Positions 38,651 through 49,596 of a stretch of 64,000 bases of DNA are shown piece by piece. Every line of letters starts with the position of its first letter. Positions within the stretch are counted from its first letter, which is position 1. The notes under the pieces were generated by a model. That model did not search any database and was not told the origin of the DNA. It saw nothing but the letters and a program-made list of their open reading frames with translations. Source of the stretch: Felis catus (Eukaryota); assembly GCF_018350175.1 (NCBI RefSeq), contig NC_058368.1, positions 206,338,001 through 206,402,000 of the forward strand, written 5' to 3'. The position numbers were made by a program, and so were the translations under genes.

Positions 38651-38868
38651 GGGGCACCTGGGTGGCGCAGTCGGTTAAGCGTCCGACTTCAGCCAGGTCA
38701 CGATCTCGCGGTCCGTGAGTTTGAGCCCCGCATCGGGCTCTGGGCTGATGGCTCAGAGCCTGGAGCCTGTTTCCGATTCTGTGTCTCCCTCTCTCTCTGC
38801 CCCTCCCCTGTTCATGCTCTGTCTCTCTCTGTCCCAAAAATAAATAAAAAAAAAACGTTGGAAAAAAA
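38651..38868 (+). mobile_element. Young felid SINE immediately upstream of the last TTC33 acceptor
   Basis: TSD taaaataaagcaaagga at 38634-38650 and 38869-38885. Confidence 0.95.
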
Positions 38869-38915
38869 TAAAATAAAGCAAAGGAAAAACTCTGATTTTT
38901 TTTTATCTCCCTTAG

Positions 38916-39269
38916 GCAATTCGAAGTTTTCAGGTAGCCCTTCACATCTATCCAATGAACCCTGAAATATGGAAAGAAGACCTTTCTTGGGCAAGAACAC
39001 TCCAGGAGCAGCAGAAGGTAGCACAGAAGATTAAGAAGTGTGACGCGTCAGCAGAAATGACACATTTCTCACCAAAGTCAATCCCCGACTATGACTTTGA
39101 AAGTGATGAGATTGTTGCTGTTTGTGCAGCAATTGCGGAGAAACAGAAGACAGTTTCAGCAAATAAGACAATGGTTATTGTTTCGGCCTCTGGGACTGTA
39201 GAGACGGTCACTGAGAAGGAAGATGGTGCTACACCACCAGACGGCTCTGTTTTTATCAAAGCCCGATAA
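38916..39269 (+). CDS. TTC33: TTC33 last coding exon
   Basis: ttttatctcccttag| acceptor, AIRSFQVALHIYPMNPEIWKEDLSWAR...PPDGSVFIKAR-TAA. Total CDS 221+82+132+354=789 nt = 262 aa plus stop. Confidence 0.96.
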   Translation, partial: AIRSFQVALHIYPMNPEIWKEDLSWARTLQEQQKVAQKIKKCDASAEMTHFSPKSIPDYDFESDEIVAVCAAIAEKQKTVSANKTMVIVSASGTVETVTEKEDGATPPDGSVFIKAR

Positions 39270-42037
39270 AGTAGCAGGAACCCTTTGAATCTGGCTTTTT
39301 GATTGCTCTTAAAGTTTGAGGCCTAGGAACATCTACTGTGGAGAGACAGAATAAAACTCCTGTTTGTAAAATGAGTTTTGCAGATGAGGCATATAAAAAC
39401 TAAATGGTAGAATTATTGTATAGTGTTTGGGCTGTGCTTTGATAAGTTACGATTTAAACTTCTTAAGATTAGAATTGTGAGTACAGTGGGGTTTGATTAA
39501 TAAACTTAAAAAAATAATCCAAAAATGTAAGTGAATGCGTTTTAAAGACACAACTTGAAAAGTGAATTCTCTAATAGTGAATAACTTGATGGCCAGTGTT
39601 ATTAAGATGTTGACTCGTTGGCTTTTGTTTCACGATAAAGGAAGTTGGTGATTTCTTTCCCTCCTAATACTCCTGTTACTGTTCAGTCTTCTGTTTTTCT
39701 GGTTGCATTAGAGGAAGTCTCCCAAAGGTCAAATATTTTTTGACATTTATTTTGATTCAGAGTTGTCATTTGGTTATTTTTGGAATCTTTGAAAGTTTGG
39801 CTGAAAATGCATGCAAATGTGTACATTCTAAACATTTTCTGGACTTTCTCTTCATTCTGATTTGTGCTTATATTTTGACTTCAAAATTATTACAACAATG
39901 GTAGTTGCCTTCTTCAGTATTAGATATGTGAAATACTGATCAATGTCACAATGATGGTTTTATTGTTTGAGTTGTAAAAGTAGATAGAGTATTCCTTACC
40001 ACAAGGGAGTCATGTTTAAGATGTGCATTTTTGAAAAATGCTTTTATAGATGTGTCATATCAAATTGTACTGCTGCACTGGCCCAGTCAAAAGTAGTATT
40101 TTCTTCTCCTTATTTTTAAAAGCTTAAAAACTCTGAAAAAAACTTACCTTTTGCTTTTAACGTTCCAGCTGACGGTTTGGAATTCTTCTTCTAGATAACT
40201 TTTTTGGAACTACTCAATTAAATTACAATTTTAAATAGCTAAATTATGTCTTTCTAAAAAAGTAGGGATGTTTATGAGTGTCAGTGAATGTATATATCTT
40301 GGGCATGACATACATAGGAACTGAAACATGACTTAACAGTACAATCCCATGAATAGAGAAGAATATATTTAAAGAAATATTTCCTTGAAAGGCCACGATC
40401 GCATTCACAAATCAATACTGTCATTGCTAATATGAGTTATTTTTATACTACATATATTATAGTACAATTATATAGAACTACTGGGTCCTGTTACTTCTGA
40501 CACTCAGGAAGCTATTTTTGATGTAAAATTAATTTTTTCCTTGTCAGAGATGAAAGTAAGCTGTTTTAAAGAATCTTACCTTAACCTGTTGGAGCATGTA
40601 AGTAATGGTCTACATTTTTCTGAGATGATTTAAAAAATGTTTCCTTTAGTGGAATGCTTACCTCTTTTTTTTTTTTCAGAGTGTTATATTTTCCCTCAAA
40701 GTTACATCAGAAGGTTAGCTGTGGTTAGGTTAGTTTTAGAGTACTTGAAAAACACAAATATTAGTTACATTTTATTTTGTTTAATAAAGGATATTCTCAC
40801 AGGGTAGATACTTGAGTATATACAGAAGTGAGCATTCACCATTTGGTATGTGGTTTTGAGTAGTGGGTTTTTGTTTATCGTGTAATTTGTGAATAAATAG
40901 TTTTTTCTGCACTTTAAAGATTTGCCTCTGTGTTGTTAGCTTTTGAAAAATTTGATTTATTTAATTTCTTTCTTATGTGAAAATAAAATATGTAAGGCAC
41001 CTTGTATCTTGCATAGGAAGTACTCAGTAAATGTTAGCTATTTCTATGAAGAACTTGAATTAGTATGGAGATATTTAACCTCAGTTTCTTCTGATTTTAG
41101 GAAGGTAGGAGAACTTTGTAATCTTTATCAGAAAGTGAGAAGTCACTACTTTTGGTATTATAGGACAGATGGTTATCAGTTCTTGGCATAACAGGTGGGA
41201 TTGTTCTTGGCATAAAATCTATGCCTCAGCCCCAAAAGAGGCAAGACCCAGGATGGAAGGCATGTAGCCACTAAATTCTGTTAACAGAACCTAGTGTTTT
41301 TTCTGTATTATGGAGAGGGAAGGCAGCTCATTTATCCATGCTCCAAAAGATTCTCAGCTAGTATCTTCTATGCATGAGGAGAAAAATGCATATATCATTT
41401 TGTAAAGATGTGAATAGTGATCTACAGACATTTGCTAAACCTGTTAACTTCACTAACAAATACTTTTGAGTCTGAAAGAAAAATAGTTGATGCTACAGTG
41501 ATGTAATTTAAGATGTTTAATATACCTTCTGAAATAACACTAAACACTGTATTGAACATAATTTATATTATTCTTGTTTGAAAATTGTATGGCGTAGATA
41601 CTCATTAGTCAGAACACCACACATCCAGGTCATGCCTGATAATTTGAGAATCCATATATTATTCTGTAGATGACAGGATTTTAGATTATAGAGTATTTAT
41701 CCTAAATGTGCTAATAAATACTACATACACGTTGAAAAATCATGCAAGGTATAAATCACAGAACCCAGATCTGTAATTGGGACCTAGGTGCAAAATTTTA
41801 TGGTAGTAGTCTTAGCATAAAGACTTTTAAATTGATGTTATTTGGTAAAACTATAATGAAGACTTAACTAAAGAAGCTTTGTCTGAGAAAGCTAAGAGTT
41901 TTCATGCTTATAACTGACCAGGATAGCCTCTTCAGTTTGAAAATTATGTTTTATGTAATGACATCAAAAGCTTGTCACTACCGTTCCCAGCAGTAAGAAA
42001 AGTTTGTATGTGTGTGTATAGAGGCTTTTTCACAAAG

Positions 42038-42096
<59 letters not shown>

Positions 42097-42115
42097 GTAT
42101 ATATATATGCATATG

Positions 42116-42176
<61 letters not shown>

Positions 42177-42440
42177 CTTTCTAATTTGACTCTGGACCAG
42201 CCATTCTGAGCTCTGATTTCATGACATATATGTATCTAAGTGAGTTATGAGTTGACACAAGAACCATAGTTCCATAATTGTCTTTAAATCAATGGGTATA
42301 TTAGATGTGTTTTTTTCTGAGAGATTTTTATCGAGCCTGTGGTGTGTACTTTGTAACTGATGACATTTTAGGATGGAGCAAGTAAGGGTTTTTTGTTTTT
42401 TTTTTTAAGACCAGTAATAAAATACAGAAATTTGTGATTT
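39270..42440 (+). other. TTC33: TTC33 3' UTR with alternative poly(A) signals (end uncertain)
   Basis: AT-rich, SINE-free stretch after the stop. AATAAA at 39350, 39499, 40783, 40892 (followed by a GT/T-rich element), about 41713 and about 42416. Confidence 0.55.
42045..42176. repeat. Compound (CA)n(TA)n(TG)n(TA)n microsatellite
   Basis: About 130 nt of uninterrupted purine-pyrimidine alternation. Confidence 0.97.
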
Positions 42441-42479
42441 ACTCATTATCAAAGTAAATTAAAATGAAATATGTCACTT

Positions 42480-44497
42480 AAAAAATTTTTTTAATGTTTA
42501 TTTATTTCTGAGAAAGAGAGAGAGTGTGAACAGGGAAGGGGCAGAGAGAGAGGGAGACATAGAATTTGAAGCAGGCTCCAGGCTCTGAGCTGTCGGCACA
42601 GAGCCCGACATGGGGCTTGAACTCATGAACCACGAGATCATGACCTGAGCCGAAGTCGGACGCTTAACCGACTGAGCCACCCAGGCACCTCTGAAATATG
42701 TCACTTTAGTCACTTGCAATTGAATATGCCCCCTTGAATGGAAGGGAAGGGGTAGCCCTGGATAGCCTTGTGGCTGGTGTACCATGAATTGTGCCTTTGT
42801 GAGTGTTGTATGTGAACTTGCTGTGTGTGCCAAGGTGGAGAAATGTTGATCTACCCTTTGTGGGGAAGTCAGAGGGCAGAGGTAGCCTCCTTTCACGGTG
42901 CTTCTTTGGACATCCATTAAGCAAGCAATTGCTCCCTTCCCTTATCTCTCCCGCCTCCCTGGGAAAGAGCGTTTGGGATAAAAAACTGGACACGCAAACC
43001 CCTTTTTTGGGATTTATCATGTTTGTGGAGCCTATGTTGTGTTCTCTTGCCAGACATGTAAACTTTGCAGTGAAGGCTCTCTGCTCTGTGGTTGTGTAGG
43101 ATTGCCCATGCCTTGGTGAGCAGGTCTGTCTAATTCTGGGTTAGCTATTAGGTGGCCATTTTCGGCACAAACCTAAATTACATCCTTTAACCTAGATCTT
43201 TCTGCAATTAATCTGACATACTGAATCTCCATTTGCCTGACTTGGTCTCTCAAGTGTCTCAGAAGACAGGAGGGGACAAAGGGTATTATTTTATGATTTC
43301 CTCAAACTCCAACAAAAATTAATGAAAATTATATTTCATTTTTTTTAGAAATAAATTTGTTTAGTCTTTTTTTTAAGGTTATTTATTTATTTTTAGAGAG
43401 GGAGAGCAATCAGAGGAGGGGCAGAGAGAGGGAGAGAGAGAATCCAAAGCAGGTTCTGTGCTATCTTCGAGGAGCCTGACATGGGGCTTAATCTCATGGA
43501 ACTGTGAGATCATGATCTGAGCCAAAACCAAGAGTTGGACACTTAACCAACTGAGCCACTCAGGCACTCTATGAAAATTACATTTCAAAGCATGAGATAA
43601 ATTAAAAACCAAATTGGGAATTTTTTTCTAATTTTATTTTTTTTTATCATGGTAATTCTATGTTATTGGAATGTTAATTTTAAGGTAATGTTAATTGCAA
43701 GGTAATATGTAAACATTTTCAGAATATTTAAAAGATCTACTCACTTGGAATTGTCATAGACCACAATATTGACTTGATTTAAAAAAAAAAAAGTGGGGGG
43801 TTGGCACCTGGGTGACTCAGTGGGTCTAAGTGTCTGACTTTAGCTCAGGTCATGATCTTACAGTTCATGAGTTCGAGCCCCATGTCAGGCTCTGTGCCGA
43901 CAGCTCGGAGCCTGGAGCCTGCTTCAGATTCTGACTCTCTCTCTCTCTCTGCCCCTCCCCCACTCACACTCTTTCTCTCTCTCAAAAATAAAATATTTTT
44001 TAAAAATTAAAAAAAATTTTAATGTTTATTTTTGAGAGAGAGTGCGAGCAGGGAAGGGCAGAGAGAGAGACACACACACAGACTTTGAAGCATTCTGAGC
44101 TGTCAGCACAGAGCCTGGCACCGGGCTTGAACTCGCGAACGGTGAGATCGTGACCTGAGCCGAAGTCGGACACTTAACTGACTGAGCCACCCAGGTGCCC
44201 CATTGACTCACTTTAATTAGAATGAAAGAATGTAAAATAAATCAAATTCTCTGCCTACCCTGTCAACTTTCTTAAAAGTGTAATATACATATAATAAAAT
44301 GCACCCTATGTTATAAGTCTACTGTTAGAGTTTTTTGGTTTTTTTTTTAATATTTATCTTTTGAGAGAAAATCCCAAGCAGGCTCCATGTTGCTGGTGTG
44401 GAACCTGATGTGGGGCTTGATCCCACAAACCATGAGTTCATGACCTGAACTGAAATCAAGAGTTAGCCACTGAACCATCTGAGCCACTCAGGTGCCC
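42480..44497. mobile_element. SINEC cluster: 42480-42691 (-), 43345-43570 (-), 43797-44000 (+), 44015-44201 (-), 44330-44497 (-)
   Basis: SINE bodies. TSD tgaaatatgtcactt flanks the first copy. Confidence 0.9.
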
Positions 44498-47439
44498 TTA
44501 CAGTGTGGAGTTTTAACAAATGTGAACAACCACAGAATCCCCAATACCATCAAGAGATAGAATATTTACATCACCCAAAAAGTTCTCTAATGCTCATTTG
44601 CAGTCAGTTCTTCTCCACTCCAACAACCAGTACTGTTCAACTACTATACTTCCTGTGACTGTAAATTAGATTTGATTTTTGTAGAATTTCAAATAAATCA
44701 TACAATATTTACTCTGTGTCTGACACTTTGTTCAGCATACTTTTGAAATCCACCCATGTTGGGATTCATCTATGCTATTTTGTATATTGGCAATATGTTT
44801 TATTTTTATTGCTGAGTATTATTCTGTTGTATGGATACACCACAATTTGTAGCTATTCATATATGTTGATGGACATCTAGGTTGTTGATAAACATCTAAG
44901 TTGTGGTCTCTTTATGAATAAAGCTGCTGTGTACATATGTTGCAGGCCTGTGTGTGGATATGTGTTTTCATTTCTCTTGGTTAAATACCTGGAGGTAGGA
45001 TTGTTGCGTCTTATGGTAAGTTATGTGTAACTTTACAGGAAACTGAAACTTTCCCATAGTATCTGTGCCATTTTGCATTCTGACAAGCAGTGTATTTAAA
45101 GGTTTCAGTTGCTCTATATCCTTGTCAAAGCTTGATATTGTCATTGTTTTTTAACTAGTGGATGTATATATAGTATATCTCATTTTTAAACATTTTTTTG
45201 TTTTAGAGAGAGAGCATGAGTGGCAGAGATGGGCAGAAGGAAAGAGAATCTTAAGCAAGCTCCACACTCAGCGCAGAGCCCAGCACAGGGTTCAGTCCCA
45301 CAACCCTGGCGTCATGACCTGAGCTGAAATGAACAGTCGGATGCTCAACCAACTGAGCCACCCAGGCTCCCCTCATTGTAGTTTTAATATGCATTTCTCT
45401 GGTAATGTTAAATGTTTCTTCATATGCTTATTTGACATTTGTGTATCTTCTGGGAAGGGCCTGTTCAAGTATTTTGCCAGTTTTTCATTTGGGTTATCTA
45501 ATTATTGAGTTGTAAGGATTTCTTCTATATTCTGGATAAAAACTCTTTATGAGATATTTGTATTGTGAATAATTTGTCCCTATCTGTGGTTTGCCTTTGG
45601 TTTTCTTTTTTCGTTTTTTTTTTTAAGTTTGTTTATTTTGAGAGAGAACGTGAGTGGGAGAGGGGCAGAGAGATAGGGAGAGAGAGAATCCCAAGCAGGC
45701 TCTGCACTGATGGTTCAGCTGTTAGCTGGGCTCCATGCAAGGCTCAATCTCATGAACTGTGAGATCATGACCTGAGCTGAGATCAACAGTTGGACACTTA
45801 ACCCGTCTGAGGCACAAGGTGCTCTGCCTTTTGTTTTCTTAATGATATTTTTCAAAGGGCAGAATTTTAAATTTTTGATGAAGTCCAATTTATATATACG
45901 CACACTATATATTTATATTTATATTTATATTTATGATTTTGCTTTTTGTGTGCTGAGAAATCTGTACCTACTCCAAGATCAGGAAGATGTTCTGTGTTTT
46001 CTGCTAGAAGTTTTATAGTTTTAACTTTTATAGTTAAGGTTGAGGTTCATTTTTTGATGTCCCCTTACTCAAACACTGTTGAAAACTGTTCTTTCCCTTT
46101 GAAATACCTTGGCATCTTGAAAATCCATTCATCATGTCTTTGTGGGTCTGAGTTCCATATTCTGTTACACTGATTCATATGTGTATTCTTATACCAATTC
46201 CACACTGTCTTGATTACTATGGCTGAAAAATTGTAGTCTTAAAAACCATTGTGATTTTTCCAATTTTGTCCTTCCTCACCCCCATAATTGTTTAGCTGTT
46301 CTAGTTTCTTTCCATTTGCATATATATATATTTTAATTTTTTAAAGTTTTATTTTCTGTCTTCATAATACATTTTATTTTTTTTTTTAATTTTTTTTTTC
46401 AACGTTTATTTATTTTTAGGACAGAGAGAGACAGAGCATGAACGGGGGAGGGGCAGAGAGAGAGGGAGACACAGAATCGGAAACAGGCTCCAGGCTCTGA
46501 GCCATCAGCCCAGAGCCCGACGCGGGGCTCGAACTCCCGGACCGCGAGATCGTGACCTGGCTGAAGTCGGACGCTTAACCGACTGTGCCACCCAGGCGCC
46601 CCCATAATACATTTTAAAATCAACTTGTCTATCTATAAGTCTGCTAGGATTTTGTTTGGAATCACATTGGATCTACAAGTCAATTTGGGAAGAATTACCA
46701 TCTTAACAATATCCTATCTTTGAATTCATGATTGTGGCATAACTGTCTTTTAGATCTTTAATTTCTCTTAATGGTGTTTTATGGTTTTCTGTGAATAGGT
46801 CTTGACCTCGTTTATCCATAAGTATGCCATATTTTTTTTTTAATTTTTTTTTCAACGTTTTTATTTATTTTTGGGACAGAGAGAGACAGAGCATGAACGG
46901 GGGAGGGGCAGAGAGAGAGGGAGACACAGAATCGGAAACAGGTTCCAGGCTCTGAGCCATCAGCCCAGAGCCCGACGCGGGGCTCGAACTCACGGACCGC
47001 GAGATCGTGACCTGGCTGAAGTCGGACGCCCAACCGACTGCGCCACCCAGGCGCCCCAAGTATGCCATATTTTTGATGCTATTACAAGGAGTGCTTTTAA
47101 AATTTTCTATTCTAATTTGATGCTATTATATAGACATATAATCAATTTTTTGTATGTTGACCTTGTGTCCTACCACCTTGATAGTTCATTTATTAGTTGA
47201 ATTAGCTTTTTTGTACATTTTTTACAATATTGTACCTATGTTATCATGTTTTTGTGAATAAGGACAGTTTTTCTTCTTCCTTTTCAAACTATATGCCTTT
47301 TATTCCCATCTGTCTTATTGCAATGGCTAGAACCTCCAGTATAGTATTAAATAGAAGCTGTGAGAAAGGACATTCTTGCCTTGTTATAATCTTTTGGTCT
47401 TTCACCATCAAAAGTATAATGGCACCTGTAGTTTTGTTT

Positions 47440-47487
<48 letters not shown>

Positions 47488-47930
47488 CGCGCTTTATTCA
47501 ATTGATGAAGTTCCTGGGTAAATAAATTTTGTTAAATGTGTTTTCTGTATGTATCAGAAGATCTTATAATTTTTCTTTTTAGCCTGTTAATATGATGAAT
47601 TGTATTTATTTTCAAATGGCAAATCAACAGCATTTCTGGGATAAACCTTACTTATTCATGCTGGATTATCCATTTTAGATCTTTCTTCATTCAGTTTGGT
47701 AATATTAAGGATTTTTATATCTATCTTCATGAAGAATATTGGTCTGTAGTTTTTTGTAGTTCTTGAATCAGGATAATGCTTACCACAATTTTAAAAAAGT
47801 TTAGTATTTCCACCTACTCTTGTCTTAAAATGTTTCTGTAGATTTGGAATTTCTTTCAATAGTGTTTACTAGAACTAACAAGTGAAGTCACCTAGGCTTA
47901 GTGTTTTCTGTGAGGGAGGGTTTTAAATTA
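44270..47930 (-). mobile_element. Old L1 (3' UTR/ORF2 remnants) with nested SINEs (45190-45372, 45600-45825, young 46377-46602 and 46837-47057)
   Basis: T-rich strand with L1 motifs (gctgagtattattctgttgtatggatacaccacaatttg, gctagaacctccagtatagtattaaataga). Young SINEs have perfect TSDs cataatacatttta and aagtatgccatattttt. Confidence 0.88.
47442..47492. repeat. (TG)n followed by (CG)n microsatellite
   Basis: Directly visible. Confidence 0.97.
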
Positions 47931-48059
47931 TAAGTGCGGTTTTAAAATAGCACACTGTAGTCTTGTCAGTTATGTCACATTGAGTGATAGCATGGTCTGA
48001 TTAAATTAGGATCCAAGAAAAGTCCATTCATTGCATCTGTTGATATGTCTCTTAATCTT

Positions 48060-48846
48060 TTTTTCTTTTTAATGTTTATTTATTTTGAGACAGAGAAAGT
48101 ACTTGCAGGGGAGGGGCAGAGACAACGAGTGAGAAGAGAGAGAATCCCAAGTAGGCTGTCCCAATTAGTGCAGAACTCAATGAGGGGCTCAATCCCATGA
48201 ACTGTGAGATCATGACCTGAGCCGAAATCAAGACCGACTGAGCCACCCAGATGCTCCTCTTAATCTTTTATAACATAGGTTCCCTTCCTATTTTTCCTTG
48301 CAATTTATTTTCAAGGAACTGAATGTCCTTTAGAATTTCTCAGATTTTATGTTTTGTTTATTGCATCCCACCTAATGTCATTACTGTTCTTTTATATTTA
48401 CTTTTCTTATAAATTGATCAGGTTCATTGAACTCTTTAGCAAGAATACAGCTTAGGTGGCTTTCAGTGCTTAGACCAGAAATAAAATATTTCTGGCTGTC
48501 TCTTTTGGTAGTATCAGTAGCCATTGACTATCATTGCCTAGATCTATTATTTTATTAGCATCTACAAAATATTGTTAGTCTTTTTGTGCTAAAAAACAAC
48601 AACAACAAAAAAAACTCTTAAAAAAAAAAAACAATTGGGGCGCCTGGGTGGCTCAGTCGCTTAAGCGGCTGACTTCGGCTCAGGTCATGATCTTGCAGTC
48701 CGTGAGTTCTAGCCCCGCGTCGGGCTCTGTGCTGACAGCTCAGAGCCTGGAGCCTGCTTCAGATTCTGTGTCTCCCTCTCTCTGACCCTCCCCTGTTCAT
48801 GCTGTGTCTCTCCCTGTCTCAAAAATAAATAAACGTTAAAAAAAAA
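48060..48846. mobile_element. SINEC copies 48060-48258 (-) and 48637-48846 (+)
   Basis: SINE heads and tails. Confidence 0.88.
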
Positions 48847-49234
48847 TTACCCTTATTTTGTGGCCAGGAAAACAATTTATGTAATAAAGGCAGTTTTTTT
48901 TAGTGGAGGCTTTGTTCTTTCCATTTATTTAGCACTTCTCAAATAAGAGGTTGGTTCCCTTAGCATCCTTCAAAGGTGACTAGTGAGATATTTCATCTTG
49001 TTTTGGTATCATTATGAAGTCATGCATTGAGACATATTTGATATATTTCAATTCCTACAGTATTATTTATGTTGGTAGTGTGTACATCTAAACTTCAGAA
49101 GATAATGCCAAATTTATTTTTTCAAGATGGTTATATCAATTTTATATCCCACCAACAGTATGAGAATTTCAAAAGCATACTTGGTGTTTTCAGCCTATAA
49201 ATTTTTTACAAATATGATTGCTGTATGTCATTGT

Positions 49235-49596
49235 TGTGGAGCATCCTGATTGGGTGGAGGCTTTTGGCATGGGGGGGGGGATAATTCACCTGTGGCAGAA
49301 CAAAAGAGAAGTTTGTTGAATACACTACAAGGGAGTAGTGGGCGGCACAGCAAAGGAGAGACTGCCACATGGTGGTGGTGGTGAGGGGCCATAGTTACAT
49401 GGTGGAATGAGGAAGTATGGGGGACATACAGAGTTTTCCCTTTTTTGGTAATCTTAAGAATTATGCCTGGTTGTAAGTAGCCCTTTTATCAGTTAGGGGC
49501 TTAATGAGCCTCTGTCAGGTCGGTGGTCCCTGTGGGCCCTTTTGCCTTGCTCAGGTTTCCATTGCTCAAGCATGTTGCCTAAAAGCAGCCTCTTCA
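49235..49596 (-). mobile_element. Probable ERV solo LTR (carnivore-type, family not assigned)
   Basis: GC-richer 362-nt island bounded by TG...CA with 5-bp flanks attgt/gttgt. Degenerate poly(A) signal on the - strand (agtttgttgaa). Confidence 0.6.

Noticed and set aside
39990..40665. Several strong minus-strand donor motifs (cttacc on +) in the TTC33 3' UTR, hinting at antisense or PTGER4 read-through exons
   Set aside because: No coherent exon chain or ORF can be built by eye, and such motifs are frequent by chance. Needs stranded RNA-seq.
41944..42209. Multiple overlapping ORFs (also 12674-12943)
   Set aside because: Produced by dinucleotide microsatellites lacking stop codons.
25267..47200. 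Recurring peptides MGQRETEHERGRGRERGRHRIGNRL, MAQSVKRPTSAQV and GAPGWRSRLSVRLQ, suggestive of a gene family or array
   Set aside because: Translations of SINEC copies in different frames. Dispersed with individual TSDs, so not genes and not a CRISPR-like array.
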